From Candidatus Jorgensenbacteria bacterium GW2011_GWB1_50_10 (GTDB taxonomy: Bacteria; Patescibacteriota; Minisyncoccia; UBA6257; GWB1-50-10): 64,000 nt of DNA. Below, piece after piece: positions 37,367-46,193 of the stretch (position 1 is the first letter of the stretch; each line of letters opens with the position of its first letter). A program made the position numbers and the translations under genes. The DNA lies in NCBI GenBank assembly GCA_001004105.1, contig LCQK01000002.1, forward strand, positions 75,419 to 139,418, in the 5' to 3' direction. The notes beneath the pieces were generated by a model. It searched no databases. It was not told where the DNA came from and saw only the letters and a list, made by a program, of their open reading frames with translations.

Positions 37367-37965
37367 TATTTCCGCTGATACAAACCGATAAGAGTCCCCT
37401 CTGCAAGCACGTGGCCTTCCATTGCTTTCGTAAGTTCCGTTTTGCCTTCGCCCTCCATGAGGCCGAGCATGATGTTCAGAGCATAAACCTTGAACATATA
37501 GCGATGCTGTTTGCTGCCTCTCGGCGGACAGGGACCGCCGTAGCTCGATTTGCCGAAACTGGTTTTGCCTTCAATCGCGCCTTGCGGCAAATTGTCCTCC
37601 TCGATGTAATTTGTCTGCGGGTTGATGTTCCAGACAAGCCAGTGGTCCCAAGTGACGCCGCCTGTCGCGTCCGGGTCGTCCATCACGAGTGCCAAGCTTT
37701 TCGCTTCCTTGGGGACGTTTAAAATCTCAATCAGAGGATTGACGTTATCGCCGTCGCAGGTATATTTGGCCGGAATTGGGTCGTTATTCTTGAAAGCGGA
37801 ACTTTTGATAGTGAGTGTGCCCATGGTTTTAGTTGAAACTGCTTGCGGTTGCTCTGATGGCGCTTTCATGAAGAGCGGACCGGCGTTCTGGAAAATCAGG
37901 TAGAAAACGCCGATTACCACGAAAAGCACTACAAACGTTATCAAAAATGGTTTAAGTTCTTCCAT
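37366..37965 (-). CDS. YbhB/YbcL-family (PEBP / Raf-kinase-inhibitor-like) protein with N-terminal TM anchor
   Basis: YTCDGDNVNPLIEI, LALVMDDPDA and WDHWLVWNI blocks typical of bacterial PEBP. Confidence 0.75.
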   Translation of the reverse strand: MEELKPFLITFVVLFVVIGVFYLIFQNAGPLFMKAPSEQPQAVSTKTMGTLTIKSSAFKNNDPIPAKYTCDGDNVNPLIEILNVPKEAKSLALVMDDPDATGGVTWDHWLVWNINPQTNYIEEDNLPQGAIEGKTSFGKSSYGGPCPPRGSKQHRYMFKVYALNIMLGLMEGEGKTELTKAMEGHVLAEGTLIGLYQRK

Positions 37966-37981
37966 TTTACTTCAAAAATCG

Positions 37982-39178
37982 CTATTCGGGAAGCAGGGCT
38001 CGGCGGTCGTAGACGTTTGAAGCGTTCCAAAGCATAAAGCCGTTTAAGAGACCCGGCGTGGAACTCGCTGCATCGTAGACGGCTCGGATTTCTTTTTGCA
38101 CCATCTCCGGCGTATAGACCGCGCCTAAATCAAAGGCCTGAAGCCAGGGACGGAGCTTTGCCGTTGAAGTGGAATTCCGTAATCGCTGGAATGCCTCATC
38201 TATAGAATATTTTATCACTTCGTAAGGATAAGCGGCGGGATTGCCGAGATTCAGAAAACTCGCCACATAATGCGAGGGGTAGACCATCGGCGAGACGTAG
38301 TCAAAACTTTCGTAGGCGTCTTCAATTAACTGGCCGATGCCCAAATCGTCGTAACTCACCGTTGACTGGCCGAACAAATCCGCCGATAATTTCGCCTCCG
38401 GCAATTCTTTGCGCAGATACCGGTAAAAAGCGGCGACGACTTCGTGTTTCTTGGTGATGCCGTCCCAGAAAGGATATTGAAGCACGTCCAGATTGCCGTC
38501 CGAAGGGAAGCGGATGTAATCAAAATTAATTTCGTCAAAGCCGTGGGATAAAATATCGCGGACAATGGCGATGTTGTAGTCCCAGACGATTTTACTGCCT
38601 GGGTCCATCCAGCTCAAACCCTTGTTGTCCCGCCAAACCTCGCCCGTGCGGGAATCTTTAACCGCCAAATCGGGACGGGCAAGGGCCAGGCGCGGGTCCT
38701 GGAAAATCGTCACCCGGGCGATCACGTAAATCCCCTTCTCGTGAAGTTTGCGGACCAGTGAATCAACGTTTCCAATCCTAATTTCTTCGGCTTCGTAATC
38801 TTTCACTTCGGCGAGGCCCGTATCGTAGCCGACAAACCCCGAATAATCCTTGATATCAATCACAATGGCGTTTAGTTCCGTGCCGGCAATCAAGCTCATA
38901 AGGTAATTCAGTTTTGAGGGGGTGCCGGCCGACCAGTTGGTGGCATAAATCGCTTTAATCACGCTCGGCGGATTTTCGAGCGGTTCGGGCGGCGGGAGCG
39001 GTTCCGGTTCTTTTACCTCTTCCTTTACGGCGAGGTCGCCGTCCACCGCATTTACCGCCTGCGGATTCACCTCAAATCTGCGCTGGTAGGTGAAAAACGC
39101 GAAACCGGCCGCTGTCAAAGAGGCGATAAAAAGTCCGGCAATCAATATCCTCATCATGCTTTTGTTTTTCATTAACAA
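37982..39178 (-). CDS. Putative glycoside-hydrolase-like protein (DUF4015-like TIM barrel) with N-terminal TM
   Basis: IYATNWSAG...NAIVIDIKD...FDEINFDYIRFP pattern. Confidence 0.45.
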   Translation of the reverse strand: MLMKNKSMMRILIAGLFIASLTAAGFAFFTYQRRFEVNPQAVNAVDGDLAVKEEVKEPEPLPPPEPLENPPSVIKAIYATNWSAGTPSKLNYLMSLIAGTELNAIVIDIKDYSGFVGYDTGLAEVKDYEAEEIRIGNVDSLVRKLHEKGIYVIARVTIFQDPRLALARPDLAVKDSRTGEVWRDNKGLSWMDPGSKIVWDYNIAIVRDILSHGFDEINFDYIRFPSDGNLDVLQYPFWDGITKKHEVVAAFYRYLRKELPEAKLSADLFGQSTVSYDDLGIGQLIEDAYESFDYVSPMVYPSHYVASFLNLGNPAAYPYEVIKYSIDEAFQRLRNSTSTAKLRPWLQAFDLGAVYTPEMVQKEIRAVYDAASSTPGLLNGFMLWNASNVYDRRALLPE

Positions 39179-39196
39179 TAATATATTATTGAGGTA

Positions 39197-40312
39197 ATGT
39201 TAGCTATTTATAGAAAATATCGGCCGACCACCTTTGACGATGTTCTGGGACAGGATTTGGTGGTAAAGACCTTGAAAGAAGCGGCGCGGCGCGACCGGCT
39301 GGCTCACGCTTATCTCCTCTCCGGTCCGCGCGGCACGGGGAAGACCACGACCGCCCGGCTCATCGCCAAAATCGCCAACTGCGAGACGCGGGAGAAAGAC
39401 GCGGCCTTCCGGGCCAAAGGCGAACCCTGCAATGTCTGCAACGCCTGCAAGGACATCAATTCCGGCCGGGCAATTGACGTCGTGGAGATCGACGCCGCTT
39501 CAAATCGCGGCATAGACGACATCCGAAATTTGAAAGAAATCGTCGCGACCGCGCCCGGGTTTTTTAAGCAGAAAATTTTCATAATCGACGAAGCGCACAT
39601 GCTGACCAAAGAGGCCTTCAACGCCCTTTTAAAGACCCTGGAGGAACCGCCGCCTTACGTCATTCTCATTTTGGCCACCACCGAGGCGGAGAAGATTCCG
39701 GCAACCATTTCTTCCCGCACCCAGCAATTTTATTTTAAACGCGTTTCGGTGGATAAAATCATCGGCAAACTGAAAGACATCGCCGGAACGGAAAAAATAA
39801 GAATTTCGGCCGAAGCTCTGGAGCTTATCGCCGCTTCCGCCGAGGGCAGTTTTCGGGACGCCGAATCCCTTCTCGACCAGCTTCATTCTTTCGGCAGCGA
39901 GGAAATAAAATTGGAAGACGTGGAGATAACGCTCGGCAAAGTCGGTTTTGATAAGCTCTCCCAAATCGCCGGCTTTTTGCTGGAAAATAACCTGGATAGG
40001 TCTTTAGAAACACTCTCGGACATTGAAGACCACGGCTTTAATCTTGCTCAGTTTACCAAGGATTTAATCCAGTATCTCCGCCGGACAGCGGTCCTGAAAT
40101 ATAATCCGGAAATGAACGAAGCATTTAAAGGCGAGTTGATGAACGAGCATTTGGAAAAACTCGTCGCCCATGCCCGAATTTTTAAAGATGGACACGTTAA
40201 TCTGATTAAAACCCTGATTAACGCTTACAGCCAAATGCGCTACAGCGAGTTCCCGATTATTCCCCTGGAAGTGGCTTTAGTTGAATCTTTGAAAAACACT
40301 AATAAGCACTAA
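39197..40312 (+). CDS. dnaX: DNA polymerase III subunit gamma/tau (short form)
   Basis: YRPTTFDDVLGQ, GPRGTGKTTTARL, Zn module CNVCNAC, IIDEAHML, SRTQ (sensor). Confidence 0.85.
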   Translation: MLAIYRKYRPTTFDDVLGQDLVVKTLKEAARRDRLAHAYLLSGPRGTGKTTTARLIAKIANCETREKDAAFRAKGEPCNVCNACKDINSGRAIDVVEIDAASNRGIDDIRNLKEIVATAPGFFKQKIFIIDEAHMLTKEAFNALLKTLEEPPPYVILILATTEAEKIPATISSRTQQFYFKRVSVDKIIGKLKDIAGTEKIRISAEALELIAASAEGSFRDAESLLDQLHSFGSEEIKLEDVEITLGKVGFDKLSQIAGFLLENNLDRSLETLSDIEDHGFNLAQFTKDLIQYLRRTAVLKYNPEMNEAFKGELMNEHLEKLVAHARIFKDGHVNLIKTLINAYSQMRYSEFPIIPLEVALVESLKNTNKH

Positions 40313-40382
40313 TAAAAACACAAATGACACGAATTAATATTCTTGGATTCGTGTCATTCGTGATAAATCCGTGGAATTCGTG

Positions 40383-40853
40383 TTATCTCGAAACCGAAAT
40401 TATGTCGCCGAGTTCGGCCGAAGGAGCGTTTACCGTTACCCTCCCCGTCGTCTCGTCGCGGGATACGAAGTAACCCGTGTCGTAATCCGAGGTAGAGTTG
40501 AAAACCGCTGCGACGTCGCTTGGGTCAAACGGCATTGCTTCGATGTAAGTCGGTACCAGGCACGGCCCGATGTCATAGGTGCTTGTCGCCATCCGCGTCG
40601 TTGACGTCGGAATCGCGCCAGCCGCGCAACCCGTCTGAAATATACCTCTATTATCAGTCATGCGCTGACCGATGACGTTTATAATCTTGTTCACGTTACT
40701 CCAACGCTGAGTGTTCCGCGCCTGCGCGAATAGCCGAGGCGGGTTCAAGGTGACGATGACAACTGTCGCTAAAATTGCGATGACACCGATGACAACTAGA
40801 AGTTCAACAAGTGTAAAGCCAGCTCTGTTGCCTGAAAAAATTTTTTCTTTCAT
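40383..40853 (-). CDS. Type IV pilin (major pilin candidate)
   Basis: Class III signal / N-methylation site GFTLVELLVVIGVIAILA. Confidence 0.75.
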   Translation of the reverse strand: MKEKIFSGNRAGFTLVELLVVIGVIAILATVVIVTLNPPRLFAQARNTQRWSNVNKIINVIGQRMTDNRGIFQTGCAAGAIPTSTTRMATSTYDIGPCLVPTYIEAMPFDPSDVAAVFNSTSDYDTGYFVSRDETTGRVTVNAPSAELGDIISVSR

Positions 40854-40906
40854 TAATTACTTTGTTTTTAACTTTAGCATATCCCCTATTCTCTAGATCC
40901 ACAGGA

Positions 40907-41341
40907 TTAAAAATCGGCGACCTCTTCCAAAGAAACGGTGTTAAGTGATGAGTCAATAGTGAGGCGCAAATTGGTTGTTTTATTATCAACCGTCGCTTTA
41001 GATTTGATGATTTTATTGCTGCCGCTTGTTTCAATAGGCAGAACGGTGCAAGTATAGGTTCCAATACTTACGTCTTCATTGCCGCTGTAGGAACCGAGTT
41101 TCATTTTCAATTTGGCGTGTTCTAAGCAACCTTGAGCAACCTTTTTTGAGACAACCTTCATTTCCAGGGCGCTTGTATCAAACCGCCCCAAATAATTGCT
41201 GCTCGAGAAGACCAAAGCGATTACAATGACGATAGCGGTCGTAATTACCGCCGAGATGATGGCGATGTAACCCTGCCTGCCGCCTGCTTGCCCGTGCCTA
41301 CCGGCAGGCAGGCCTCTTTCTTTTTTAACGGGGTAAGACAT
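40907..41341 (-). CDS. Hypothetical pilus-cluster membrane protein with N-terminal RHGQAG motif
   Basis: N-terminus ...LPAGRHGQAGGRQG followed by a TM helix. The motif is encoded by the hairpin element at 41282-41313. Confidence 0.4.
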   Translation of the reverse strand: MSYPVKKERGLPAGRHGQAGGRQGYIAIISAVITTAIVIVIALVFSSSNYLGRFDTSALEMKVVSKKVAQGCLEHAKLKMKLGSYSGNEDVSIGTYTCTVLPIETSGSNKIIKSKATVDNKTTNLRLTIDSSLNTVSLEEVADF

Positions 41342-41831
41342 AAAACAAGGTAGTAGTTGCGACGATGTTCGGGTAGATATTGCTCTCTAACGAAAGATAA
41401 ATCCTCAATTGGGGCGGCGAGCTGGAAGCGGAGATGTGTTGAACATTGAAGCCCGTGACTTTTATCCTCTCGCTTGTAATGGGAACGGAGGATGCGTTCG
41501 CGAGCGATAAATTTACCGCGGGGCCGTTTAGAAAAAAAACGGCTGGGCTTGAGCTCGCATCACTCAAGTTCATTTTGAGCTCCGTGGAAGTGGCGTCGGC
41601 GGCGGGGATGACGACGTCGGTGGCGATACCGGTTAGCCAGTTGAGTTTGCCTCCCACGAATTCTGCATTAGCCAGAAGTTCGTTTCTTTCCAGAAGATTG
41701 TCGGTGGTGCCCAAAATGCTTGCAATGAAAGCGAAGGCCGCGCCTAAAAAAATGGCCAGTATCACTGAATAAATTAAAACCTCAAGCAGAGTAAAACCAG
41801 CCCGAGCTTTTAGTTTGCTTGTTAAACGCAT
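41325..41831 (-). CDS. Prepilin-type N-terminal cleavage/methylation domain protein (minor pilin)
   Basis: AGFTLLEVLIYSVILAIF. Confidence 0.65.
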   Translation of the reverse strand: MRLTSKLKARAGFTLLEVLIYSVILAIFLGAAFAFIASILGTTDNLLERNELLANAEFVGGKLNWLTGIATDVVIPAADATSTELKMNLSDASSSPAVFFLNGPAVNLSLANASSVPITSERIKVTGFNVQHISASSSPPQLRIYLSLESNIYPNIVATTTLFYVLPR

Positions 41832-43255
41832 TAAGGCGGCGAAGTGATGATTCTTAAAGCGTCGTTCGACCGGACGGCCACGTAGACCAGGTTGTTCTCG
41901 TAATCAATGCCGGTTGCGACCTGCGGGAAGTTGAAAGAACTCCAAAGAGTCGGGTTGGTGCTCGAAGCGATACTTACAACCTGAAATTCTCGGTTGCTGT
42001 TTGAGGAAGCGATAAAAGCCAAATTGCCGCGCGAGGCAATATCATTTACAACATCGCCGATGCTTAAAGTGCCGAGCGTGATTATATCGGAAGGGTTGCT
42101 TGCTTCAACGATATAAATATCTTGAGCTGGTCCCAGTAGAAGCACGGCTGGATTCTCAACATAAACGGCATTGGTATCAACCGAATATTTCTGACCCAGA
42201 AGGGTAATTTCCGCCGGATTTGAGACATTAAGAACCATCAAACCGGCATTGCCCAAATCAGTGGCTAAATAGGCCTTGTTGTCTCTCACGTAGATGTCGT
42301 TGATATTGTCGTTCACTTCATAAGAACCTAAATTAGTTGGGCTCGCAGGATTAGAGACATCGATAATGTGGAATTCTGGACCAATCACTTTATTCAGACC
42401 AAGATATACTTTATCGCCGGAATAAAAAATTGTTTCACCGCGCGAGGAGCCGGAGACGCCGGGCGCAGCGTAAGAAGCGATAAGGGTGGGATTTAGAAGA
42501 TTGCTGATGTCGATAATTTGAAGCTCGGCGTCGGCTTGCCGGTTTGCAACATAAGCGTAATTTACTGTTGCATCAATAGCGTTAAGAGAAGGGCCGGTGT
42601 TCAGACTTGAAACAATGAAGGGATTTTGACCGTTAGTCGCATCAATTATAAAGAAATCAGGTTTTGCCGTTGCTGCAGCTTCGGCTGACATGTAAATAAT
42701 ACTGCTGATGACATCCAGGTCGGTCGCTGAATTGCCCGGTCCCAAATCCACCGAACCAAGCGTCTGCGGATTCTGCCAGTCGCCCGAAGTGCCGCCGCTA
42801 CCCGTATCGCCCGGGTCGGGCGGCGGCGTCGCGTTTTCCCAATTAGTAAGGAATGTTACTAACTCCACGTTTAAGGTCCGCAAAGGGTCCGGGATCCAGG
42901 TTGTTTTACTTTCAACTTTTTTGGTGTTTTCGTCCTGGGTGGTAATGACGATTTTTCGCGTGAAAAAGCCGTCGGTATCTGATGAACTGCTGAAGGCCCA
43001 GGAGCTTGTTCCGAAAACAAGACCGTGTTCGCCATCCGTAAGTTCGCTCCAGTCGCGTTCGCGGATAGACCGCGCAGCATCCAATCCTTCTTCGGCCAGA
43101 TTTCTCGCTTGAATGGCGTTGCCGCGGTCAATCAAAATTTTTTGGCCGCCGAAAACAAGAATAGTCGCAGAACCAATGCCCAAAACAATGAGCGCGAGGC
43201 CTATCATTATTTCCACAAGCGACTGGCCGCTTCTACCAGTTAATCGTTCCTTCAT
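41831..43255 (-). CDS. Pilin-like protein with LVIVD-type beta-propeller repeats
   Basis: N-terminal GQSLVEIMIGLALIV (pilin-like). C-terminal repeated ...YV.....L.IIDVSNP... units. Confidence 0.55.
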   Translation of the reverse strand: MKERLTGRSGQSLVEIMIGLALIVLGIGSATILVFGGQKILIDRGNAIQARNLAEEGLDAARSIRERDWSELTDGEHGLVFGTSSWAFSSSSDTDGFFTRKIVITTQDENTKKVESKTTWIPDPLRTLNVELVTFLTNWENATPPPDPGDTGSGGTSGDWQNPQTLGSVDLGPGNSATDLDVISSIIYMSAEAAATAKPDFFIIDATNGQNPFIVSSLNTGPSLNAIDATVNYAYVANRQADAELQIIDISNLLNPTLIASYAAPGVSGSSRGETIFYSGDKVYLGLNKVIGPEFHIIDVSNPASPTNLGSYEVNDNINDIYVRDNKAYLATDLGNAGLMVLNVSNPAEITLLGQKYSVDTNAVYVENPAVLLLGPAQDIYIVEASNPSDIITLGTLSIGDVVNDIASRGNLAFIASSNSNREFQVVSIASSTNPTLWSSFNFPQVATGIDYENNLVYVAVRSNDALRIITSPP

Positions 43256-43661
43256 TATTCACAGAGATTGTTTGCGACCTCAATTCATTGCTCAAAACTA
43301 TCGTCGCGCTTGCGTTCGGTTTCCCGGATATTTGCGCGAAGACAATTTCCACTACGCCGCTTACCGTGACCGTTCCCGACTTCAGATACTCTTCGTCGTA
43401 AGCCGCGGTGCGGCCCGCGTAAGACGGTCCTTGAAAAAGAACAAACTGGTCGGATTGAATGGCAACGCCATGGGCGCTCTTGTTTTTGTTTGCAAAGGCA
43501 TTGGTTTCCGCCCGCCGGATAATACTTAGGAGATTTCTTGTTTCGGCAGTAAGGAGATAGTTGCGGTAAGCGTCCAATCCTATCGGCCAACCGAGAATGA
43601 GAAACAAACTGAATAAGGCAGTCACTATTATCACCTCTATGATAGTAAAACCGCTTTGCAT
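43233..43661 (-). CDS. Pseudopilin (GspH/FimT-like)
   Basis: MQSGFTIIEVIIVTALFSL prepilin signal. Start moved to this Met. Confidence 0.6.
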   Translation of the reverse strand: MQSGFTIIEVIIVTALFSLFLILGWPIGLDAYRNYLLTAETRNLLSIIRRAETNAFANKNKSAHGVAIQSDQFVLFQGPSYAGRTAAYDEEYLKSGTVTVSGVVEIVFAQISGKPNASATIVLSNELRSQTISVNNEGTINW

Positions 43662-43671
43662 ATTATCTGGT

Positions 43672-44814
43672 TTAATATCCTTGGGTGATTTTGTAAATCG
43701 GCGTGATAATGGAAAGCGCGATGAAGCCGACAACGAGTCCCATGAAAAGAAGAAGCACAGGTTCCAAAATGGAAGTCAGGTTTTTTACGATTTCGTCCAC
43801 CTCCGATTCGTAGTATTCGGAGAGGTAAAGAAGATTCTGCTCTAAATTGCCGGTTGATTCCCCCACCTGAATCATACCGGTTAGCATCGGCGGGAAAAGA
43901 CGAGGTCGGGTTGCCAGATACCTTGCAATTGATTCGCCTTTTTTCACGGAATTCACTATTTTCTCTACTTCGCCGCGATAATACTTGTTATGAAATGTCC
44001 CCTTGGCAACTTTTAAGGCCTCTACGATGTCCATGCCGCTTTTCAAGAGTACGCTCAAAGAACGCGTGAAGCTGGTCATAGTTAGATTCGTGAGAATTTT
44101 GGAAATAAAAGGCACGCTCAAAAGCGCCCGGTCGAAAACAAAGTGGATTTTCTCCACCGAAAGAACAAGGCGAACAGCAACGACAAAAACAATAACGCCG
44201 CCAAAACCAACGAGTCCGTAGCGGCTAAGAAAAGTTAGGAACTGAATGACGAGACGAGTGGTGAAAGGCAGCTGGATGCCTAAACCCAAAAAAATTGGAA
44301 GAATCTTCGGGAAGATGAAAAGGGTGAGAAAAAGAGTGATGGCGACCGTGACGACAAGAATCACCGCCGGATAAATCAGGGCGCCGTGAATGCGCTGATT
44401 CACTGCTCTCTGTTTTTTGAGTTCGGCGGAAAGGTGAAGAAGAGTTTCCGACAGATTGCCGCTCGTCTCCCCTACTTTCACCAAATTGATGAAAAGATCG
44501 CCGAAAATATGATTATATTTTTGGAGTGCTTGAGCCAGAAATTGGCCGTTTTCAATGTCTTTAATAATACTCTCTATTATTTTCCCAAGCATTTTTGAAG
44601 AGGCCTGGGTTTTGATGAGTCTTAGGGCTTCCAAAATCGGCAGACCGCTTTTTATCGTAATGGAGAGGTGCCGGGCAAAGTTAATCCGCTCCTGCAAGGG
44701 AACGGATTGAAAAATTCTTAAGAAAAATAGAGGTTTTTTGCTATTCATAAATAATGCGGAGCACCTCTTCAATGGTCGTGACGCCCGCTCGCGCTTTCTC
44801 CAGTCCATCTTCAA
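43672..44814 (-). CDS. pilC: Type IV pilus assembly platform protein PilC / GspF family
   Basis: Two GspF repeats (…SGLPILEALRL…, …SGMDIVEALKV…). Polytopic. Confidence 0.8.
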   Translation of the reverse strand: MKMDWRKRERASRPLKRCSALFMNSKKPLFFLRIFQSVPLQERINFARHLSITIKSGLPILEALRLIKTQASSKMLGKIIESIIKDIENGQFLAQALQKYNHIFGDLFINLVKVGETSGNLSETLLHLSAELKKQRAVNQRIHGALIYPAVILVVTVAITLFLTLFIFPKILPIFLGLGIQLPFTTRLVIQFLTFLSRYGLVGFGGVIVFVVAVRLVLSVEKIHFVFDRALLSVPFISKILTNLTMTSFTRSLSVLLKSGMDIVEALKVAKGTFHNKYYRGEVEKIVNSVKKGESIARYLATRPRLFPPMLTGMIQVGESTGNLEQNLLYLSEYYESEVDEIVKNLTSILEPVLLLFMGLVVGFIALSIITPIYKITQGY

Positions 44815-45982
44815 TCATCGGCGCCATGCCGCGCTTCACGGCGAGCTGTTTAATCTGGGTAGCGTCCGCCCGACCGACAATAAGAGAGCGGATTTCGTCG
44901 TCAACTTCCAAAACCTCGTGGATGCCGATGCGGCTCTTGTAGCCTGTGCCGCCGCACTCGGCGCATCCCGGACCCACGGTGTAAACTTTATCGGAAGTCA
45001 TTTTCTCGGCGATGCCGCCAAAACTTTTGATTTCGGCGATGGACAGAATTCTTTGTTTCCGGCAATTCGGACAGGCAATACGAACTAATCTTTGGGCAAG
45101 GGCGACGTTTAAAGTAGAGGCAACCAGAAACGGCGGCACGCCCATATCAATCAAGCGCGGAAAAGTGGTGGCGGCGTCATTGGTGTGGAGCGTGGAGAGC
45201 ATCAAGTGGCCGGTTAGGGCGGCGTTCACCGCAATGTTTGCCGTTTCCGAATCGCGGATTTCGCCGACCATGATGACGTTCGGGTCTTGCCGGAGAATAG
45301 AACGCAAGCCGTTCGCGAAAGTTAATCCGGCGCCGACCGCAACCGGCATCTGGGTAATGCCTTCAATGGAATATTCAATCGGGTCTTCAATGGTGATGAT
45401 GGAAATTTCGCGGGTGTTCAGTTTTTTAATGAAGGCGTAGAGGGTGGTAGTTTTGCCGGAACCGGTCGGACCATTGCAGAGAATCATGCCATAAGGCTTT
45501 CTGATGGCTTTCTCCAGAATTACCAGCTGTTCTTTGTTGAAGCCCAATTGTTCCAAAGCGAAGCTCTGGGCCGCCTCGGCCAAAATCCGGAGCACGGAAT
45601 TTTCGCCGTAGTAAGTCGGGGCAACGGAAACGCGGATATCTACTTCGCCCATTTCTTTTTCTCCCGCTCCCTCAATCTTGGCCTTAAAACGGCCGTCCTG
45701 GGGGATGTGGTGAATATCGGTTTTGAGACCCGAGAGAACCTTGATGCGGCTTATCACCTCGTCTTGGAATTCTTTGGAAAAATTCAGCGTATCGTGAAGA
45801 ATGCCGTCAATCCGCAGGCGCACCGCCACCTTTTCATCAGCCGGTTCAATGTGAATGTCGGAAGCTCGGGAGCTGTAAGCGTACTCAACAAACAAATCAA
45901 CGAGTTCGATAATGGAAACATCGGTCGGCGGGGCGGCAAGTTGCTTTTCAATCGCGGATTTGAGGATTTTTATCGTTCGCAT
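44741..45982 (-). CDS. pilB: Type IV pilus assembly ATPase PilB / GspE family
   Basis: Walker A GPTGSGKTTTLYA, Asp box, Walker B IMVGEIRD, His box, C4 Zn motif CPNC...CAEC. Confidence 0.85.
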   Translation of the reverse strand: MRTIKILKSAIEKQLAAPPTDVSIIELVDLFVEYAYSSRASDIHIEPADEKVAVRLRIDGILHDTLNFSKEFQDEVISRIKVLSGLKTDIHHIPQDGRFKAKIEGAGEKEMGEVDIRVSVAPTYYGENSVLRILAEAAQSFALEQLGFNKEQLVILEKAIRKPYGMILCNGPTGSGKTTTLYAFIKKLNTREISIITIEDPIEYSIEGITQMPVAVGAGLTFANGLRSILRQDPNVIMVGEIRDSETANIAVNAALTGHLMLSTLHTNDAATTFPRLIDMGVPPFLVASTLNVALAQRLVRIACPNCRKQRILSIAEIKSFGGIAEKMTSDKVYTVGPGCAECGGTGYKSRIGIHEVLEVDDEIRSLIVGRADATQIKQLAVKRGMAPMIEDGLEKARAGVTTIEEVLRIIYE

Positions 45983-46017
45983 TGATTAAATTATATCATT
46001 TTTATAAGATTGGATTT

Positions 46018-46091
46018 GTTGGGGGGTCGTCTAACGGTAGGACATCGCCCTTTGGAGGCGAGTATCGGGGTTCGAATCCCTGCCCCCCAGC
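46018..46091 (+). tRNA. tRNA-Gln (anticodon TTG)
   Basis: Manual fold: acceptor TGGGGGG/CCCCCCA (U1-A72), D-arm GTC/GAC, anticodon arm TCGCC-CTTTGGA-GGCGA, T-arm CGGGG-TTCGAAT-CCCTG, discriminator G, encoded CCA. Confidence 0.8.
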
Positions 46092-46193
46092 CAACTAGTG
46101 CGCGGTATCGTGAGACCGGGAGATGTAGATTTTACCGGAATTTTTTCGGAGTCAGTTCTAAGACCGAGACCCGTACCCTTCCCGGAATTAGAA

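Noticed and set aside
46140-46185. Inverted repeat AGTTCTAA...TTAGAACT downstream of tRNA-Gln as a possible integrated-element att site
   Set aside because: No integrase or other mobile-element genes nearby. The adjacent ATPase gene has native-like composition.
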